IMG/VR virus record: IMGVR_UViG_651053001_000005 | Coordinates: 1 to 64,000 of that record | Direction: 5' to 3' (one strand) | Source of the DNA: an uncultured virus (IMG/VR IMGVR_UViG_651053001_000005) | Lineage: Duplodnaviria > Heunggongvirae > Uroviricota > Caudoviricetes | DNA: 64,000 nt | In this document: positions 9,246 through 20,188 of the stretch, piece by piece | Layout of the letters: every line of letters begins with the position of its first letter | How positions within the stretch are numbered: the stretch's first letter is position 1 | Notes under the pieces: generated by a model | The model's input: the letters and a program-made list of their open reading frames with translations, nothing else | Told to the model about the DNA's origin: nothing | Databases searched by the model: none | Translations under genes and position numbers: made by a program

Positions 9246-9658
9246 ATGAAACGACCAATAATAAAGTTAATCACGAAGATAATATTACCGCAAACAAATA
9301 GCATGTACACAAACTTGTTTTGTTTATTGTTTGAGTCACCTTCCAAAACATCAAGAATTTTAAACATTGTTAAACCGGTATAGATTAAAGCAAAGGCTGT
9401 CCAAGCTAACATTAGCAAGTTACCGTGCGTGATCAGTCCAATAGTAGCCAAGGGGATAATGAACGAAATCCCCTTGAACAATGTAATGGCATATACTAAG
9501 TTCTTATTTTTCTTCAGTTCTTTATACGGTGAGTTAGAAAGCATATGCGTAACTTTAGCGTATACGTTCTGATCTCCTCGTGTAATTAATCTAATTTCAT
9601 TAATATTTAGTGCAAATAAGTATGCTGCAAGTAATAACGTAAAGTATGTAATTCTAAT
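9242..9658 (-). CDS. multi-TM membrane protein, probable ATT start
   Basis: Frame open 38 codons upstream of the track ATG, to an ATT after AAGGGGATG; the extension is hydrophobic. Confidence 0.6.
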   Translation of the reverse strand: MRITYFTLLLAAYLFALNINEIRLITRGDQNVYAKVTHMLSNSPYKELKKNKNLVYAITLFKGISFIIPLATIGLITHGNLLMLAWTAFALIYTGLTMFKILDVLEGDSNNKQNKFVYMLFVCGNIIFVINFIIGRFI

Positions 9659-9698
9659 ACATCCCCTTATTTTATTTTTATTCTATAAATAACTAAAA

Positions 9699-10095
9699 CT
9701 AATCAAACAACTCTCCAGCTCTCTTCATGTCTTTGATGTCTTCACTAACACTTTCTTTGATTGTCTGAGGTAGCTGGTCAATTCCTCGTTGTATTCTTTT
9801 CTGACCTGTATTTCTTATATGTAAAGTTAATTCTTTAAACCCTTCCATTGATTCATCTGAAATTAAATCAAACTGATGTTGAATCTTAGCTAGTAAGCTT
9901 ATATGTTCTTCTTCATCCTCGCTGAATAATTGGAGGCCTTGTTTAAGATTTTCTATTTCTTTTAGATGGGCTTTTATTTTCTCTATGTGTTTATCCATGA
10001 TTGCTAAACCTTTCAACAATTTCTAAAACTTCAGCGAGCTTATCTGTTAGCTGTCTTCCCAGGTCTGTTTTTTGTTTCTGATCGAGTTTGTTCAT
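9699..10095 (-). pseudogene. probable frameshifted gene (MNKLDQKQ...AEVLE / LLKGLAIMDKH...)
   Basis: Short upstream frame joins ORF 9699..10019 if one base is removed near 10020. Confidence 0.4.
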
Positions 10096-10156
10096 TTTTC
10101 CTTTGCCCCTTTTTGCTTTAATTTGATTCTGTCTCATATAATCAATGGAATTTTAT

Positions 10157-10555
10157 CTAAAACACATAGTTGCACACAACTGGGATTGAGACTGCAGTTT
10201 TCTGCTTAGCTCTATAAAAATCATTCACCAGCTCAATGTCACCAACTACATAGCTAATGTCTCTAAGTTCTTCGATTTTTTTATCAACCGGAAAAGTGTT
10301 TGGACAGTATGTTTTTCGATTTATCAATTTAATTAGAGCTTCTTCAATGGTTTGAATTTCAAATAACAGAGTCCCATCATGTGTGCTATTTGCAGTCAGT
10401 TTATAATCAAATTCTTCGTTAACACTTTCATCATAAGACACATGTCCAAGCTTAAGATTTTTTAAGTCTCCATGATAATCATCTAAATAACCGCTTCTTT
10501 TAAAAAAGAAGGCAATCTGTTCATTTGGATTTAAGTATTCTGTCCGTTTATTCAT
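10157..10555 (-). CDS. hypothetical protein (MNKRTEY...)
   Basis: AAGGAGG RBS before ATG at 10555. Confidence 0.7.
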   Translation of the reverse strand: MNKRTEYLNPNEQIAFFFKRSGYLDDYHGDLKNLKLGHVSYDESVNEEFDYKLTANSTHDGTLLFEIQTIEEALIKLINRKTYCPNTFPVDKKIEELRDISYVVGDIELVNDFYRAKQKTAVSIPVVCNYVF

Positions 10556-10672
10556 GTTTTTCCTCCTTATTGTTTTAGATAAAAGTCTTCTTTTATTTAG
10601 CCCTTTTTCCTGATTACTGGTATAATATACTTGTCTTAAAATTCTCAATATACGAAAAGGTGGTAATATTTA

Positions 10673-11107
10673 ATGAGCATTACTCAACATCCTATTATTC
10701 AAGGTTCCATTAAAAATGTAGGTTTCCATAGCAAGAGCGAGTTTACCTACACATATGAAATGGACAAGGAAATTCTTCATGTTTATGACAACTTAAAACA
10801 TAAAAGCACATCTGCCATCAATTGCATTGAAGAAGTTGTTTCGTTGCTAAAAGAAACACTTCAACCAAATAAAACTGGTGTTAGTAGAATTTTAGAAGTA
10901 ATTAAAAATGCAATCTCACCTACTTCTCCATTTAAGAAGGTCATTATTTATACGGAGATGGATGAATTTGCATCAAACTATACCAATAAAGGTCAGCAAG
11001 TTAATATTTCCGCATATATTCCCGAGCAAAAAGACTTTAATGGCTGGGAGGATTCAGAGCTTTACCAATTGTATTGCGATAATGCCAAACAAGAAGCAAA
11101 ATCTTAA
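10673..11107 (+). CDS. hypothetical protein, independently transcribed
   Basis: TGgTATAAT at 10618-10626, AAGGTGG RBS. Confidence 0.7.
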   Translation: MSITQHPIIQGSIKNVGFHSKSEFTYTYEMDKEILHVYDNLKHKSTSAINCIEEVVSLLKETLQPNKTGVSRILEVIKNAISPTSPFKKVIIYTEMDEFASNYTNKGQQVNISAYIPEQKDFNGWEDSELYQLYCDNAKQEAKS

Positions 11108-11200
11108 TCTTAATAACAGGGTAATTTATAAAGAGTCCTGACTGCGACCCTCCACTGGATAGACATACATCATTAGACCTCAGTCAGGACTTGACTTGTA

Positions 11201-11629
11201 TTACTTAGTTCCAGTCGATCCGTGCCCACCGCGATCATCGTTACCTAGATGATCTACCTCTATCAATTCAACTTCAGGCATCTTCTTCATAATTCTGAAC
11301 TGACAGATACGATCCCCTTTTTTAATTTCTGTATCCCGTAATGCATAAGCCGGAAAGAACCAGAAATCATTGTCTCCCTTGTAGGACTCATCAATAATAC
11401 CCATTGAGTTTGTTTCAATAATGCCGAAGTTTTTAAATGTGCTTGAACGAGGGACGACATGGGCCTCATATCCTTCTGGCAGCTCCATTGCCACTCCTAA
11501 CGGAATAAGTTTAAATTCGTCCTTTTTGATGGCTACATCTTCAGCTGCTCGAAGATCAATCCAATCCCCTTTCTCAATTTTGCTAATTCTCGTTTGAGTT
11601 TCGTCTAGATATTTGATTTTAATTTGCAT
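11201..11629 (-). CDS. yosS: trimeric dUTPase
   Basis: [28 protein letters not shown] motifs. Confidence 0.95.
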   Translation of the reverse strand: MQIKIKYLDETQTRISKIEKGDWIDLRAAEDVAIKKDEFKLIPLGVAMELPEGYEAHVVPRSSTFKNFGIIETNSMGIIDESYKGDNDFWFFPAYALRDTEIKKGDRICQFRIMKKMPEVELIEVDHLGNDDRGGHGSTGTK

Positions 11630-11702
11630 TATGTATTAACTCCTTTAGTTTTTAATGTATGCACGTACCTGTATTACCTTCTTCAGTTAAACAAACAGCT
11701 CA

Positions 11703-12065
11703 TTATTGTTCGAACTTTGCCATCAACTCTTCATATAGTTTACGATCATTTTCTTCTTTCTCTTTGAGATACTTTTCTCTTTCCGCCTCTTGCTTCTTTT
11801 TTAACTAATTTTCATACTCTTCCCACTCTGTTTCATCGATCACACCTTTTTCATGTAATTCTCTTTTCAGAGGGTGTAAGATCTTCTTTGCTTCATGCGG
11901 GTATAAAATCCTTGTCTCATAGCCATCATCCCAGTCATCTTGTTGACAAGCCATAAACACGCCTCCATCCTTAGTAATAATTGTTGTTTGTTCACAAAAC
12001 TGATTTGCCCAAACATAAGAAACTTCTTTTCCAATTAATCCTTCTTGAGTTTCAATGAAATACAT
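11703..12065 (-). pseudogene. hypothetical gene with an internal TAG at 11805-11807
   Basis: Frame continues EEYEN*LKKKQEAEREKYLKEKEENDRKLYEELMAKFEQ*. Confidence 0.6.
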
Positions 12066-12107
12066 TTATTAGCTCCTTTAAATTTAAGTTTGTTTAAAAT
12101 TACCCTT

Positions 12108-12350
12108 TTATCGTAATTCCTTTAATAACAAATCAAGTTCATTGGGCTTAAAACCAATACTTCGGTTTACTTCTTCTCCTTGATCATTCAGCAAAATGGT
12201 TACCGGTACTCCCATAACACCAAATCTAGCTGCCACTTCTGGTTCCTGTGTAACGTCAACTGTCTCAAATTGAATATTTGCTTGTTCTAAGTAATTGGAC
12301 ACCATTTTACATGGATTGCAATTAGGCTGCTCTAATTTAATTACTCTCAT
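12108..12350 (-). CDS. yosR: NrdH/thioredoxin-like redoxin
   Basis: CNPC motif, GVPV cis-Pro; downstream of nrdF. Confidence 0.9.
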   Translation of the reverse strand: MRVIKLEQPNCNPCKMVSNYLEQANIQFETVDVTQEPEVAARFGVMGVPVTILLNDQGEEVNRSIGFKPNELDLLLKELR

Positions 12351-12374
12351 TATACTGATACCTCCTCAAAGTAC

Positions 12375-13127
12375 TTAAGCACTTTTATTTTTCCAATTAG
12401 ATTTCTTAATTAGTTTAAAAGTCCAGCCATTGTAGTTCGAGCGCTCCCCTCGTAAGCATTTCTGTATTATTGCACGGTGCAAGCCGAACTTTTTAGAAAA
12501 AGGTCGAAGGCCCTCTACTCGTATAATTTCACCATCAGGGGATTTGGCCATAAAGTGCAAACAAGCATTCGTTAAATCTCGATATGCATTATTGATTTCC
12601 CTGGTGACAAAGCAACAAGTTTCTAGGGAATAAATCTTTTGACTTTTCGGTATTCTTTGTTGTTTCATGTCTTTATCAAGAAAGAGTTTTCGCTTATTGA
12701 AAAGATCCTCATCATATCCCTCTATCTTTGAAACATCTTCTAGAAAATTCTTAAAACAATGCCATCTCTCACAAACTCTAATCCCTGAACCGCCATAGTT
12801 AGAATACTGTGGGCAACTGACATCGTAACACCGTTCTAGCATCCCCTTCCAAACGGAGTATACATTCTTCACATCTACCATCTTTACATCACCAAGATAC
12901 CCTACTCCGAACACTGAGCGCTCATATCGGTCTTTTATTTTTCCACGTTTAATTTCAATCTTTTCTACGTCCCGTTCGTATCCGGTCTTTATGAATCGTA
13001 TTCTAAATAATTTTGTTCCATTTTTCTTTTGTCCATTTGTCCGTAGAACCTTATATTTCTGACCATGATTATTCGAGAACACGCTCCCGATCAGATCTTT
13101 TTCAATCCTCAAAATAAAAATCCTCAT
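12375..13127 (-). CDS. free-standing HNH-type homing endonuclease
   Basis: [32 protein letters not shown]...N motifs; overlaps the nrdF 3' end. Confidence 0.85.
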   Translation of the reverse strand: MRIFILRIEKDLIGSVFSNNHGQKYKVLRTNGQKKNGTKLFRIRFIKTGYERDVEKIEIKRGKIKDRYERSVFGVGYLGDVKMVDVKNVYSVWKGMLERCYDVSCPQYSNYGGSGIRVCERWHCFKNFLEDVSKIEGYDEDLFNKRKLFLDKDMKQQRIPKSQKIYSLETCCFVTREINNAYRDLTNACLHFMAKSPDGEIIRVEGLRPFSKKFGLHRAIIQKCLRGERSNYNGWTFKLIKKSNWKNKSA

Positions 13128-14082
13128 TTTTTAAGGCTTCAGCAGTAGCCTTCCTGTAAGAATTCCCTTTTTGACTAAAGAAGTCCATAGACTTGGTTTT
13201 TGTACTCAATCCGTTCAACACTACTGGATTAATTTCTTCTTCATGGAAATAGTGGTCGAATCCCAGATTATTTAAGGCTTTATTTGCGTTATAGCGAATA
13301 AACTTTTTTACATCATGAGTTAGCCCAACTGGATCATATAAATCTGTTGTATAATCAAGCTCGTTTTCATATAAGTCGAGCAGCAAATCAATAGTCCATT
13401 TATACAGCTCTTTTTTCTTGATTTCAGTTTGTTTGCTATAGATTTCCTGAGCCAGTAATCCAGTGTATACGCCGTGCAGTGCCTCGTCACGGATAATAAG
13501 GTTGACTATTTCTCCGCTATTCATTAGCTTCCCTTGTCCGTAGAAATATAACGGATAATAGAAACCGCTGTAGAAAAGGAAGCTTTCCAGATAGACGGAA
13601 GCAACCATCGCTTTAAACAGCGAAATCTCATCATCTTTTTTTATGGCGCGGTACAGTCCGACGACGGTGTGGGCTTTTTTCTGCAAGTATTTATTCTGCT
13701 TCACCCATTCAAAGACTTCATTGATCTGCTCGGTTGGAGCCAAAGTTAGAAAGATGTTGCTGTAAGACTTCGCATGGACAGCGTTTTCCATCATGGCCAT
13801 AAAGTTTAATACTGCTTTTCTTTGATGTCCCTCAACGTGCTCGGCCACAATCGGCATGCCCGTGTTCCCCTGCTCTGTGTCTAATAAGGTAAGCCCAGCT
13901 AAAACTTTCATATAAGTATCTTGTTCCTTTGTTCCAAGATACTTCCAAGTGAGAAGATCGCCGTTTAATGCGATCTCTTCCGGAAGCCAAAACTGCTTTA
14001 CGTTTTGGTTGTAAAACATTTGGGTGAAATCATCTTCATGCTTTGACCAGTTTGCTGCTGTATACTGAATTTTTTTATTAAT
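13102..14082 (-). CDS. nrdF: class Ib ribonucleotide reductase beta subunit, ATT start
   Basis: [22 protein letters not shown]; conserved N-terminus [15 protein letters not shown] lies upstream of the track ATG. Confidence 0.95.
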   Translation of the reverse strand: MNKKIQYTAANWSKHEDDFTQMFYNQNVKQFWLPEEIALNGDLLTWKYLGTKEQDTYMKVLAGLTLLDTEQGNTGMPIVAEHVEGHQRKAVLNFMAMMENAVHAKSYSNIFLTLAPTEQINEVFEWVKQNKYLQKKAHTVVGLYRAIKKDDEISLFKAMVASVYLESFLFYSGFYYPLYFYGQGKLMNSGEIVNLIIRDEALHGVYTGLLAQEIYSKQTEIKKKELYKWTIDLLLDLYENELDYTTDLYDPVGLTHDVKKFIRYNANKALNNLGFDHYFHEEEINPVVLNGLSTKTKSMDFFSQKGNSYRKATAEALKNEDFYFED

Positions 14083-14145
14083 GAGATTTTCCTCCCCTGT
14101 TATTTGCTATAATTATCATAAATAAAATGAAAAGAGGTTTTTGTA

Positions 14146-14484
14146 TTGTTTATTTCTGGAGCTCTACCTTCTGAAACTCCTTGCGGTAATACTGTTATTT
14201 ATCCAATTAAAATTGACTCTATGAACATCCAAGAGAAAAAATCTATTATTTTTATGATTCATTGCTTTGAGTCTGCCAAGTCGTATCTTGTTAAGCCAAA
14301 ACCTAGAAACGGTTCTCGCGTTGGTCTTGAATATATAAAAAAAGGAGATCCTAACACTATTGCAAACGAATACGCTAAGTTACCTTGGCCAGAATTTGAG
14401 ATAAACGATGATAATGGAACATTCACCTATAAAGTAGCTCCTTCAGATGAAGAGCGAGACTCATTCTTTAAACAACGCAACTAA
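14146..14484 (+). CDS. hypothetical protein inserted antisense between nrdE and nrdF
   Basis: TGcTATAAT near 14105, AAGAGG RBS, TTG start. Confidence 0.6.
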   Translation: MFISGALPSETPCGNTVIYPIKIDSMNIQEKKSIIFMIHCFESAKSYLVKPKPRNGSRVGLEYIKKGDPNTIANEYAKLPWPEFEINDDNGTFTYKVAPSDEERDSFFKQRN

Positions 14485-17400
14485 GACACCCTTCTTGAGT
14501 CGTATCCTTTGTTCTTGCATAATACAGTGTTTTAATTCCTTTATGATGAGCGTAGAGATCTATTCTATTTAGGTCTCTTGTCGTCATCGTATCCTTTAAG
14601 AACAACGTAAAAGAAATTCCTTGGTCGACGTGCTGCTGAATTGTTGCAATAAGATCAACTACCTTAAACATATCCATGTCGTATGCTTCCTTATAAAAGA
14701 ACCAATTCTGAGCCGATAAACCTGGCATTGGATAATATGTCTTACTGTTTCCGTATGTACGTTCCTCAATTCTCTCCATAATAGGCATTACACCGGCCGT
14801 AGATGATTGAACATATGAGATGCTTCCTGTAGGTGCAACAGCTTGCCTATACGAATGATACAACCCATATTTCATAACATCCTCTTTAAGCTTCATCCAA
14901 TCTTCAATGTTAGGAATATGTTGATCTCCAAACAGGCTTTTAACCTTTTCATATTTAGGGCTATAATCAATTGTCACGTACTTATCAAAATACTCGCCTG
15001 ATTTGTAAGTTGATCCGTGAAACTTGTAGTACGTCTCCCCTGTTTCTTTTGCAATTTCCATTGAACGTTGCAGGGAGTAGAAGTTAACCATCATAAAGTA
15101 TGTATTTGCAAAGTCCTTAGCTTCTTCACTTTCATAAGCAATTTTATTTTGAGCTAAAAAACCATGTAGATTCATCTGCCCAAGACCAATTGATCGCATT
15201 AGTGTATTTGCTCTCGCAACTGCTGGAGCATTTACAATGTTTGTTTTCCTTGTGACAGTTGTCAGTGAGTCAATTGCTATTCTGACTGTTGAAGCAATTG
15301 ATTGATTACTCATTACATTTACAATGTTCATTGAGCCAAGATTACAAGAGATATCTAAGCCAATTTCATCTACCTGATCGTAATCTGTATAAACTGACAC
15401 TTGTGACGCTTGGAGCACCTCTGACTTTAATATTCAACGAAAGGCGCAACACTCTCGTCCGTTCTCTTATGAACTGCTTACGATCACTCGTAAGAATAGA
15501 CTATATCATCGACCTATAAGGCCGCCCGCCGTTTCCATCGCCATATGCTTGCGATGTACTCTACTCCCTTACGCGTATACGTGGTTTCGATAGTCGTTCG
15601 GCATTTCCGCAAGGTGCGGTTTAGCACGGTATTGTCTATTGAATAGAGTTTCACCGTTTAGACGGGTTTGCTACGATCATTGCTGACCGAAGGTGCTACA
15701 GTTAACACAAATTAGAAAACTTCACTTTTGAAATATGTTCATTTGGATGCACTTTATTTACATTGTCAGCAAACATGATATAAGGATAGCCAGATTCGCT
15801 TCTTAGAATGGCCAATTGCTCCAACAACTTTCGAGCATTGCCCTTTGTTTTCCTAACTTTAGGGTTTTCAACAAGCTCATCATACATTTTGTTGATATCC
15901 ATCTCATCAAGATACTGCCCATATTCTTTGTAAACTGAATGAGGATAGAGCATGTAAAAATCCTTATCTTCTCTTGCCAATTCAATAAATTTATCAGGAA
16001 GCACTACACCAATAGACAGTGTTTTAACTCGAACATCTTCATCTGCTGAGATTTTTTTGGTCAACTATCCCCCTATTTCTAAGGGGGCTGGACTATATCT
16101 TCATCTTAGTAAGATGCTTTGCGCTTCAACCGGCGCTAATCTCCGGCTTACAATTAGTCTCTACACCTTCCGAGCACCTGTAATAATTTTTGAATTTGGG
16201 GTTGTTTACACGACTATTTATTGTGTTTCTACTAATATTTAGTCGCCTACCTGCTTCTGACATAGAATGATAGTAAACTCCGTCTACAATAATCCCGACC
16301 CTATTTCCGTTGTTAAGACTAAGCTTAAGACAAGTTTCTTTTGTCTTCTTTCTTCCCTTACGAGATAAAGACATTTTTTGCTTAGTTTCCTCAGTGTGCT
16401 TCCTTCCATCAAAACGCTTCTTTATTTTGCTCCGCATTTTCTCCATATGTTCAGGCTTGTCGTACCAATAATTTTTTTTCCCTGAATTAATTTTGGATGA
16501 GTTACGTCTAACTTTCTCTGAATGAGTCTTCCCAAACATAGGATTTTTTTCTCCCTTGTAAGACATTCCAAATGCATTGTCATAAAGATTGTATAACTGT
16601 TCTTTTTCAGAATTGGATAGGAATTCTTGTTCTTTTTTATATAGATCAAAACGATTTATGCAATCAGAGTGATACAAAACTTCAAATCGAAAATTATTCT
16701 CTCCATATGTATTAAAGTCTTCTTGTAATGGCTTATTGTGATGTGAACCAGCTTTTAGTAATCCTAAATGCGCTGTCTTCCTTTTCCTGAAATTTGCGCT
16801 ACTTCCTATGTAGAACTTGTCGTTTTTAATATTTCTTATTTTATATACAGCCTTCAATGTTTCACCTCCTTTCGTGCTCGGCTTGGCACGGGATTGCCAC
16901 CACCATTATGTGCTGAGGTTCCCCCGTTAGCCCTGAATCAGGACACCGCTTTTGCTTGCGTTCACAAAGTTTTCACTGCCATATTGCTATAACAGGCGAC
17001 TACCAATTAATCGAGAAAATCAATAATATCTGGATGGAATACATTTAGATAAGCTGCTCCAGACCCTTGCCTTTGCAGACCATTCAGACGTGTTCGCTAA
17101 GCACGCCTCGCCATACGGCTGCTTCATGTTACCATGAAGGTTAGACTATATCTTCACCCTCTAAGGGTGCCTCCTGTTTCGACTGCCAATAGCTTGCAGC
17201 CTACGCCTTTCGGCTAGTCGTTGCACGTTCAAGACGTTTGATCTAAGTGTTTCCACTTTTGCCGCAAACAGATTTTTTTAATGATTGTTTTACTCGCATA
17301 TGTATGTATTTCAGAGAGTTCTTTAATGGACTTACCACTTTTAAAATCATTTAAAATTGACAGTGCTTGAATTTCAGTAATTTTAGCCTTTGGGCTTTTT

Positions 17401-18738
17401 TCTCCAATCAAAAGCAGTTCATGTTTTAAAGCATGCTGAGCATTTCCTTTTGGTGTAACCCACTCTAAATTTGAGAGCTTTGGATTCGCTTTGTTACCGT
17501 CGATATGATTTACATAAGGCAAATTTTCAGGATTAGGTATAAAATTGAGTGCAACTAACCTATGTACTCGTTTACCAACCTGCTTACCTTCCTTATATAA
17601 GGTCACTTTTACATATCCTTCACCATCAATCTTAGTCTTTAAAACAGTGTTCTTTTTCAAATTAATCACTCTGCTATGATTTGTAATCCCGTACCCAGGG
17701 AAATCAGGAATTGGAGTAACTATCTCTCCCTTCATTAAAACAAAGGGAATTTGTGTTTTCCTTAGCCCCATCTTTATTGCACGGTGATTAATTGCTTCTC
17801 TGGAAACGCCCAATTTTTCTCCTATTTCTTTTGCAGTCATTGAACTATAATTTTCGCGAATAAAATTCTCATCAATATCTAACTTGTTATGCGGTCGTCT
17901 TGCTTCGCTCATGATTGTCCCCCTTTATTTTGGCTTGTGATTGACCCAAACCATCTGAGGAGTTCCCATGAATTAAAGAGGTTTTCGATCGCCATTTCTG
18001 ACGAAAGGGGCCAAATCAACCCATTTGGTCAGCGTAGCGGAACGCATTATCCAATAGTTTCATAACACCTACGACGCCTTTAGTTGCATTCTCTACGTCT
18101 TTAATTGCTTCACCCTTGGCTCTTAGTTTGTTTAGGTTCAATGCAACACCGCCGCCCAATTTAGACAGCTGCATGGAAATATCGATCGTTCTTGAAATGT
18201 CGTTTAAACTGTCTCCCACTTCAAGCAAGAAACAGCTCACCATTTCGCCTCTTCGCTTACGTCCCGCATTAAGAAAAGTAGGTGTTGCCGGTTGATACTC
18301 TTGTTTCATCATTGCGTGTACTTCCTCAATAGCCTTATCGTAATCACCATCTGCACAATACAAAGCTACAATTGAGACGCGATCCTCATATCTCTCCAGG
18401 ATCTTTGTTTTATCGTTTGTCTTCAATGCATAGTCATTGTAGAACTTAAATGCACTCATGAAAGAAGGGAACCTGAATTTGTAACTGTAAGCAATTTTAA
18501 AAATCGATTTAATCTGCTCAAATGTGTATTCACTTAAGAATTCTTCTTCGTAATAATCATTTTTAATCAGATAATCCAGTTTCTCTTTTAAATCATGGAA
18601 AAAGACTGTATTTTGATTAATGTAATCAACAAAGTAACTGTGCACGGCCTCCTTATCCTTCTCAAATTGAAACTTACCGTCTTTCTGAATCATGATCTCA
18701 TTATTGAGTTTGATCCACTTTGGTATTGTGTTTGTCAA
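14468..18738 (-). CDS. nrdE: class Ib RNR alpha subunit; exons 18019..18738, 17010..17075, 15705..16061, 14468..15424 (699 aa spliced)
   Basis: Spliced joins restore ADQMG|QRQGSG, DFLD|TKKIS, SNLC|SEV; C-terminal CLSCVV. Confidence 0.95.
15425..15704 (-). mobile_element. group I intron, ORF-less, 280 nt, at NLC|SE
   Basis: Exon ends in U, intron ends in G; GATATAGTC-type core motif. Confidence 0.9.
16062..17009 (-). mobile_element. group I intron carrying a GIY-YIG endonuclease
   Basis: U|...G boundaries; AAGATATAGTCC core. Confidence 0.9.
16126..16857 (-). CDS. GIY-YIG homing endonuclease with NUMOD3 repeats
   Basis: AVY.I...YIGSS, R...H, NPMFGKTHS, KHTEETK. Confidence 0.92.
   Translation of the reverse strand: MKAVYKIRNIKNDKFYIGSSANFRKRKTAHLGLLKAGSHHNKPLQEDFNTYGENNFRFEVLYHSDCINRFDLYKKEQEFLSNSEKEQLYNLYDNAFGMSYKGEKNPMFGKTHSEKVRRNSSKINSGKKNYWYDKPEHMEKMRSKIKKRFDGRKHTEETKQKMSLSRKGRKKTKETCLKLSLNNGNRVGIIVDGVYYHSMSEAGRRLNISRNTINSRVNNPKFKNYYRCSEGVETNCKPEISAG
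17076..18018 (-). mobile_element. group I intron carrying an HNH endonuclease
   Basis: U|...G boundaries; AAGATATAGTCT core. Confidence 0.9.
17229..17912 (-). CDS. NUMOD4/HNH homing endonuclease with an N-terminal HTH
   Basis: VHRLVA..F, VNHIDGNK.N....NLEWVT...N. Confidence 0.92.
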   Translation of the reverse strand: MSEARRPHNKLDIDENFIRENYSSMTAKEIGEKLGVSREAINHRAIKMGLRKTQIPFVLMKGEIVTPIPDFPGYGITNHSRVINLKKNTVLKTKIDGEGYVKVTLYKEGKQVGKRVHRLVALNFIPNPENLPYVNHIDGNKANPKLSNLEWVTPKGNAQHALKHELLLIGEKSPKAKITEIQALSILNDFKSGKSIKELSEIHTYASKTIIKKICLRQKWKHLDQTS

Positions 18739-19096
18739 TAAGTTGTACCTCCCGATTAATCTTCTGCAAATCTTGTTTTGTTCCGCTTAGTTCAAACTTT
18801 AATAACAATGGTACGTGGAACATTGCTGAAAGCTTGTCCCCAGCTAAACCATAGTTATCACCCCAAACCTTGTTACCACTCACCGCAACTCCTTTTATTT
18901 TATTTTTATTCTTATTGATAAAACTCAAAGTCCTTTCAGGTACTTCCCCAAAGCCTATCGTATATGTAATATGTATGAACTCTTGAGTGATGATCGTATC
19001 ATCAGTTATTTCAATTGCCTCAATGTCTAACTCTTGTTGCAACGCTTTTACAAACCTTCTTACATTGCCAGTTTTACTCTCATATGTAATGATCAC
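18701..19096 (-). CDS. nrdI: flavodoxin NrdI
   Basis: S.TGNV..F, TYT.G.G.VP, SGN..WG, KFELSG. Confidence 0.95.
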   Translation of the reverse strand: MIITYESKTGNVRRFVKALQQELDIEAIEITDDTIITQEFIHITYTIGFGEVPERTLSFINKNKNKIKGVAVSGNKVWGDNYGLAGDKLSAMFHVPLLLKFELSGTKQDLQKINREVQLIDKHNTKVDQTQ

Positions 19097-19449
19097 TAAT
19101 CGTTATAGGCTCCTGTAATTAATCTTGTAGTTGCACATTCAGCTTCATTTTCAACATGATTAAATACTTCTGATATCTCACGATTAATGTCGCCCATTTC
19201 CATGTAGCCCTGTGCCATACTTTCATATAAGGAACTCTTCTTAACTGGAACGTAATCATCTAGATTCTTTTCTAATTCAACAAATTGATTTCCCTGTTGG
19301 TCAGTTGCAATAATCTCTCCTTTTAATACAGGAAAAGATTGCCCATCAGCTAAATGAATATGAGTGTTCTCATCGGCTATTGTAAAGCTAATAATGTTCT
19401 TCTTTTTTACATATTGTTGAGTTGGATCAATACGTCTAGCTGCCCCCAT
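19096..19449 (-). CDS. yosL: YosL, MazE-mimic protein
   Basis: C-terminus ESMAQGYMEMGDINREIS...ENEAE resembles the B. subtilis MazE C-terminus and AimX. Confidence 0.85.
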   Translation of the reverse strand: MGAARRIDPTQQYVKKKNIISFTIADENTHIHLADGQSFPVLKGEIIATDQQGNQFVELEKNLDDYVPVKKSSLYESMAQGYMEMGDINREISEVFNHVENEAECATTRLITGAYND

Positions 19450-19500
19450 TTTACATCTCCTTATTTTTTAATTTCATTTTGAATAAAGCTGTGATTTTAT

Positions 19501-19842
19501 TTAAACTAAAACCAAAACATTGTTTTTGATGTACTTGTCTATTTCTGATTTTGTATAAGTAAGAGTACTGTCGGTTGTAGTGTCAGTTATTTCGAATTGT
19601 TCAGTATTATGATTCATTCTTGCTGTGTATACAGTATTGCTGACTACAGCAATAGCTTCTTCTGATAGCTTAAATTTAAATTCGTTTAAATCAGCTACTT
19701 CATCAATCTCTCTTACCTCATGCGGTACTCCGCTTTCTTCTTGAGCGTACACAGCATCTTTATGAGCCTCAATAGCATCATCATAAGTGCCAACAAGTGT
19801 TCCCATGCAATAAAGTCCGTGTTTTTTATTCATTGTCATCAT
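19501..19842 (-). CDS. hypothetical protein
   Basis: ORF track. Confidence 0.65.
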   Translation of the reverse strand: MMTMNKKHGLYCMGTLVGTYDDAIEAHKDAVYAQEESGVPHEVREIDEVADLNEFKFKLSEEAIAVVSNTVYTARMNHNTEQFEITDTTTDSTLTYTKSEIDKYIKNNVLVLV

Positions 19843-19846
19843 CCTT

Positions 19847-20188
19847 TTAATTTATTTTTGTGAACCTCTTAATCTCTTTACCTTCAACAGCCACATTTCC
19901 AAAGAACATTTCTTTAGGTCTTGCCCAAAGTAATCCGTCTTGGTCTTCATATGTAACCAGCTTTTCTTCTGTTTCAGTGTGAATGACCTCTCCAATAACC
20001 TTATACAGACCGCCTTTATAATGTCTAAACCAGCAACCAACTACTTCGTATGTATCCTTCAAAGCATTCAACAACTTCTGTGCATCTTGAGCACTTTTTG
20101 AACTGCTGTCATATTTGCTGAGATGTAAAACCGCTTCCTGCATTTTCAAATTCACTTTGTTCATCCTTCCCGGTTCCTCGAAGTACAT
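19847..20188 (-). CDS. DUF1653-domain protein
   Basis: RHYKGGLYKV....HTET.E..V.Y.....W.RP..MF. Confidence 0.8.
   Translation of the reverse strand: MYFEEPGRMNKVNLKMQEAVLHLSKYDSSSKSAQDAQKLLNALKDTYEVVGCWFRHYKGGLYKVIGEVIHTETEEKLVTYEDQDGLLWARPKEMFFGNVAVEGKEIKRFTKIN

Noticed and set aside
14468..18738. nrdE fragments as a pseudogene or intein-containing gene
   Set aside because: Fragments join in frame at U|...G group I boundaries; no intein motifs seen.
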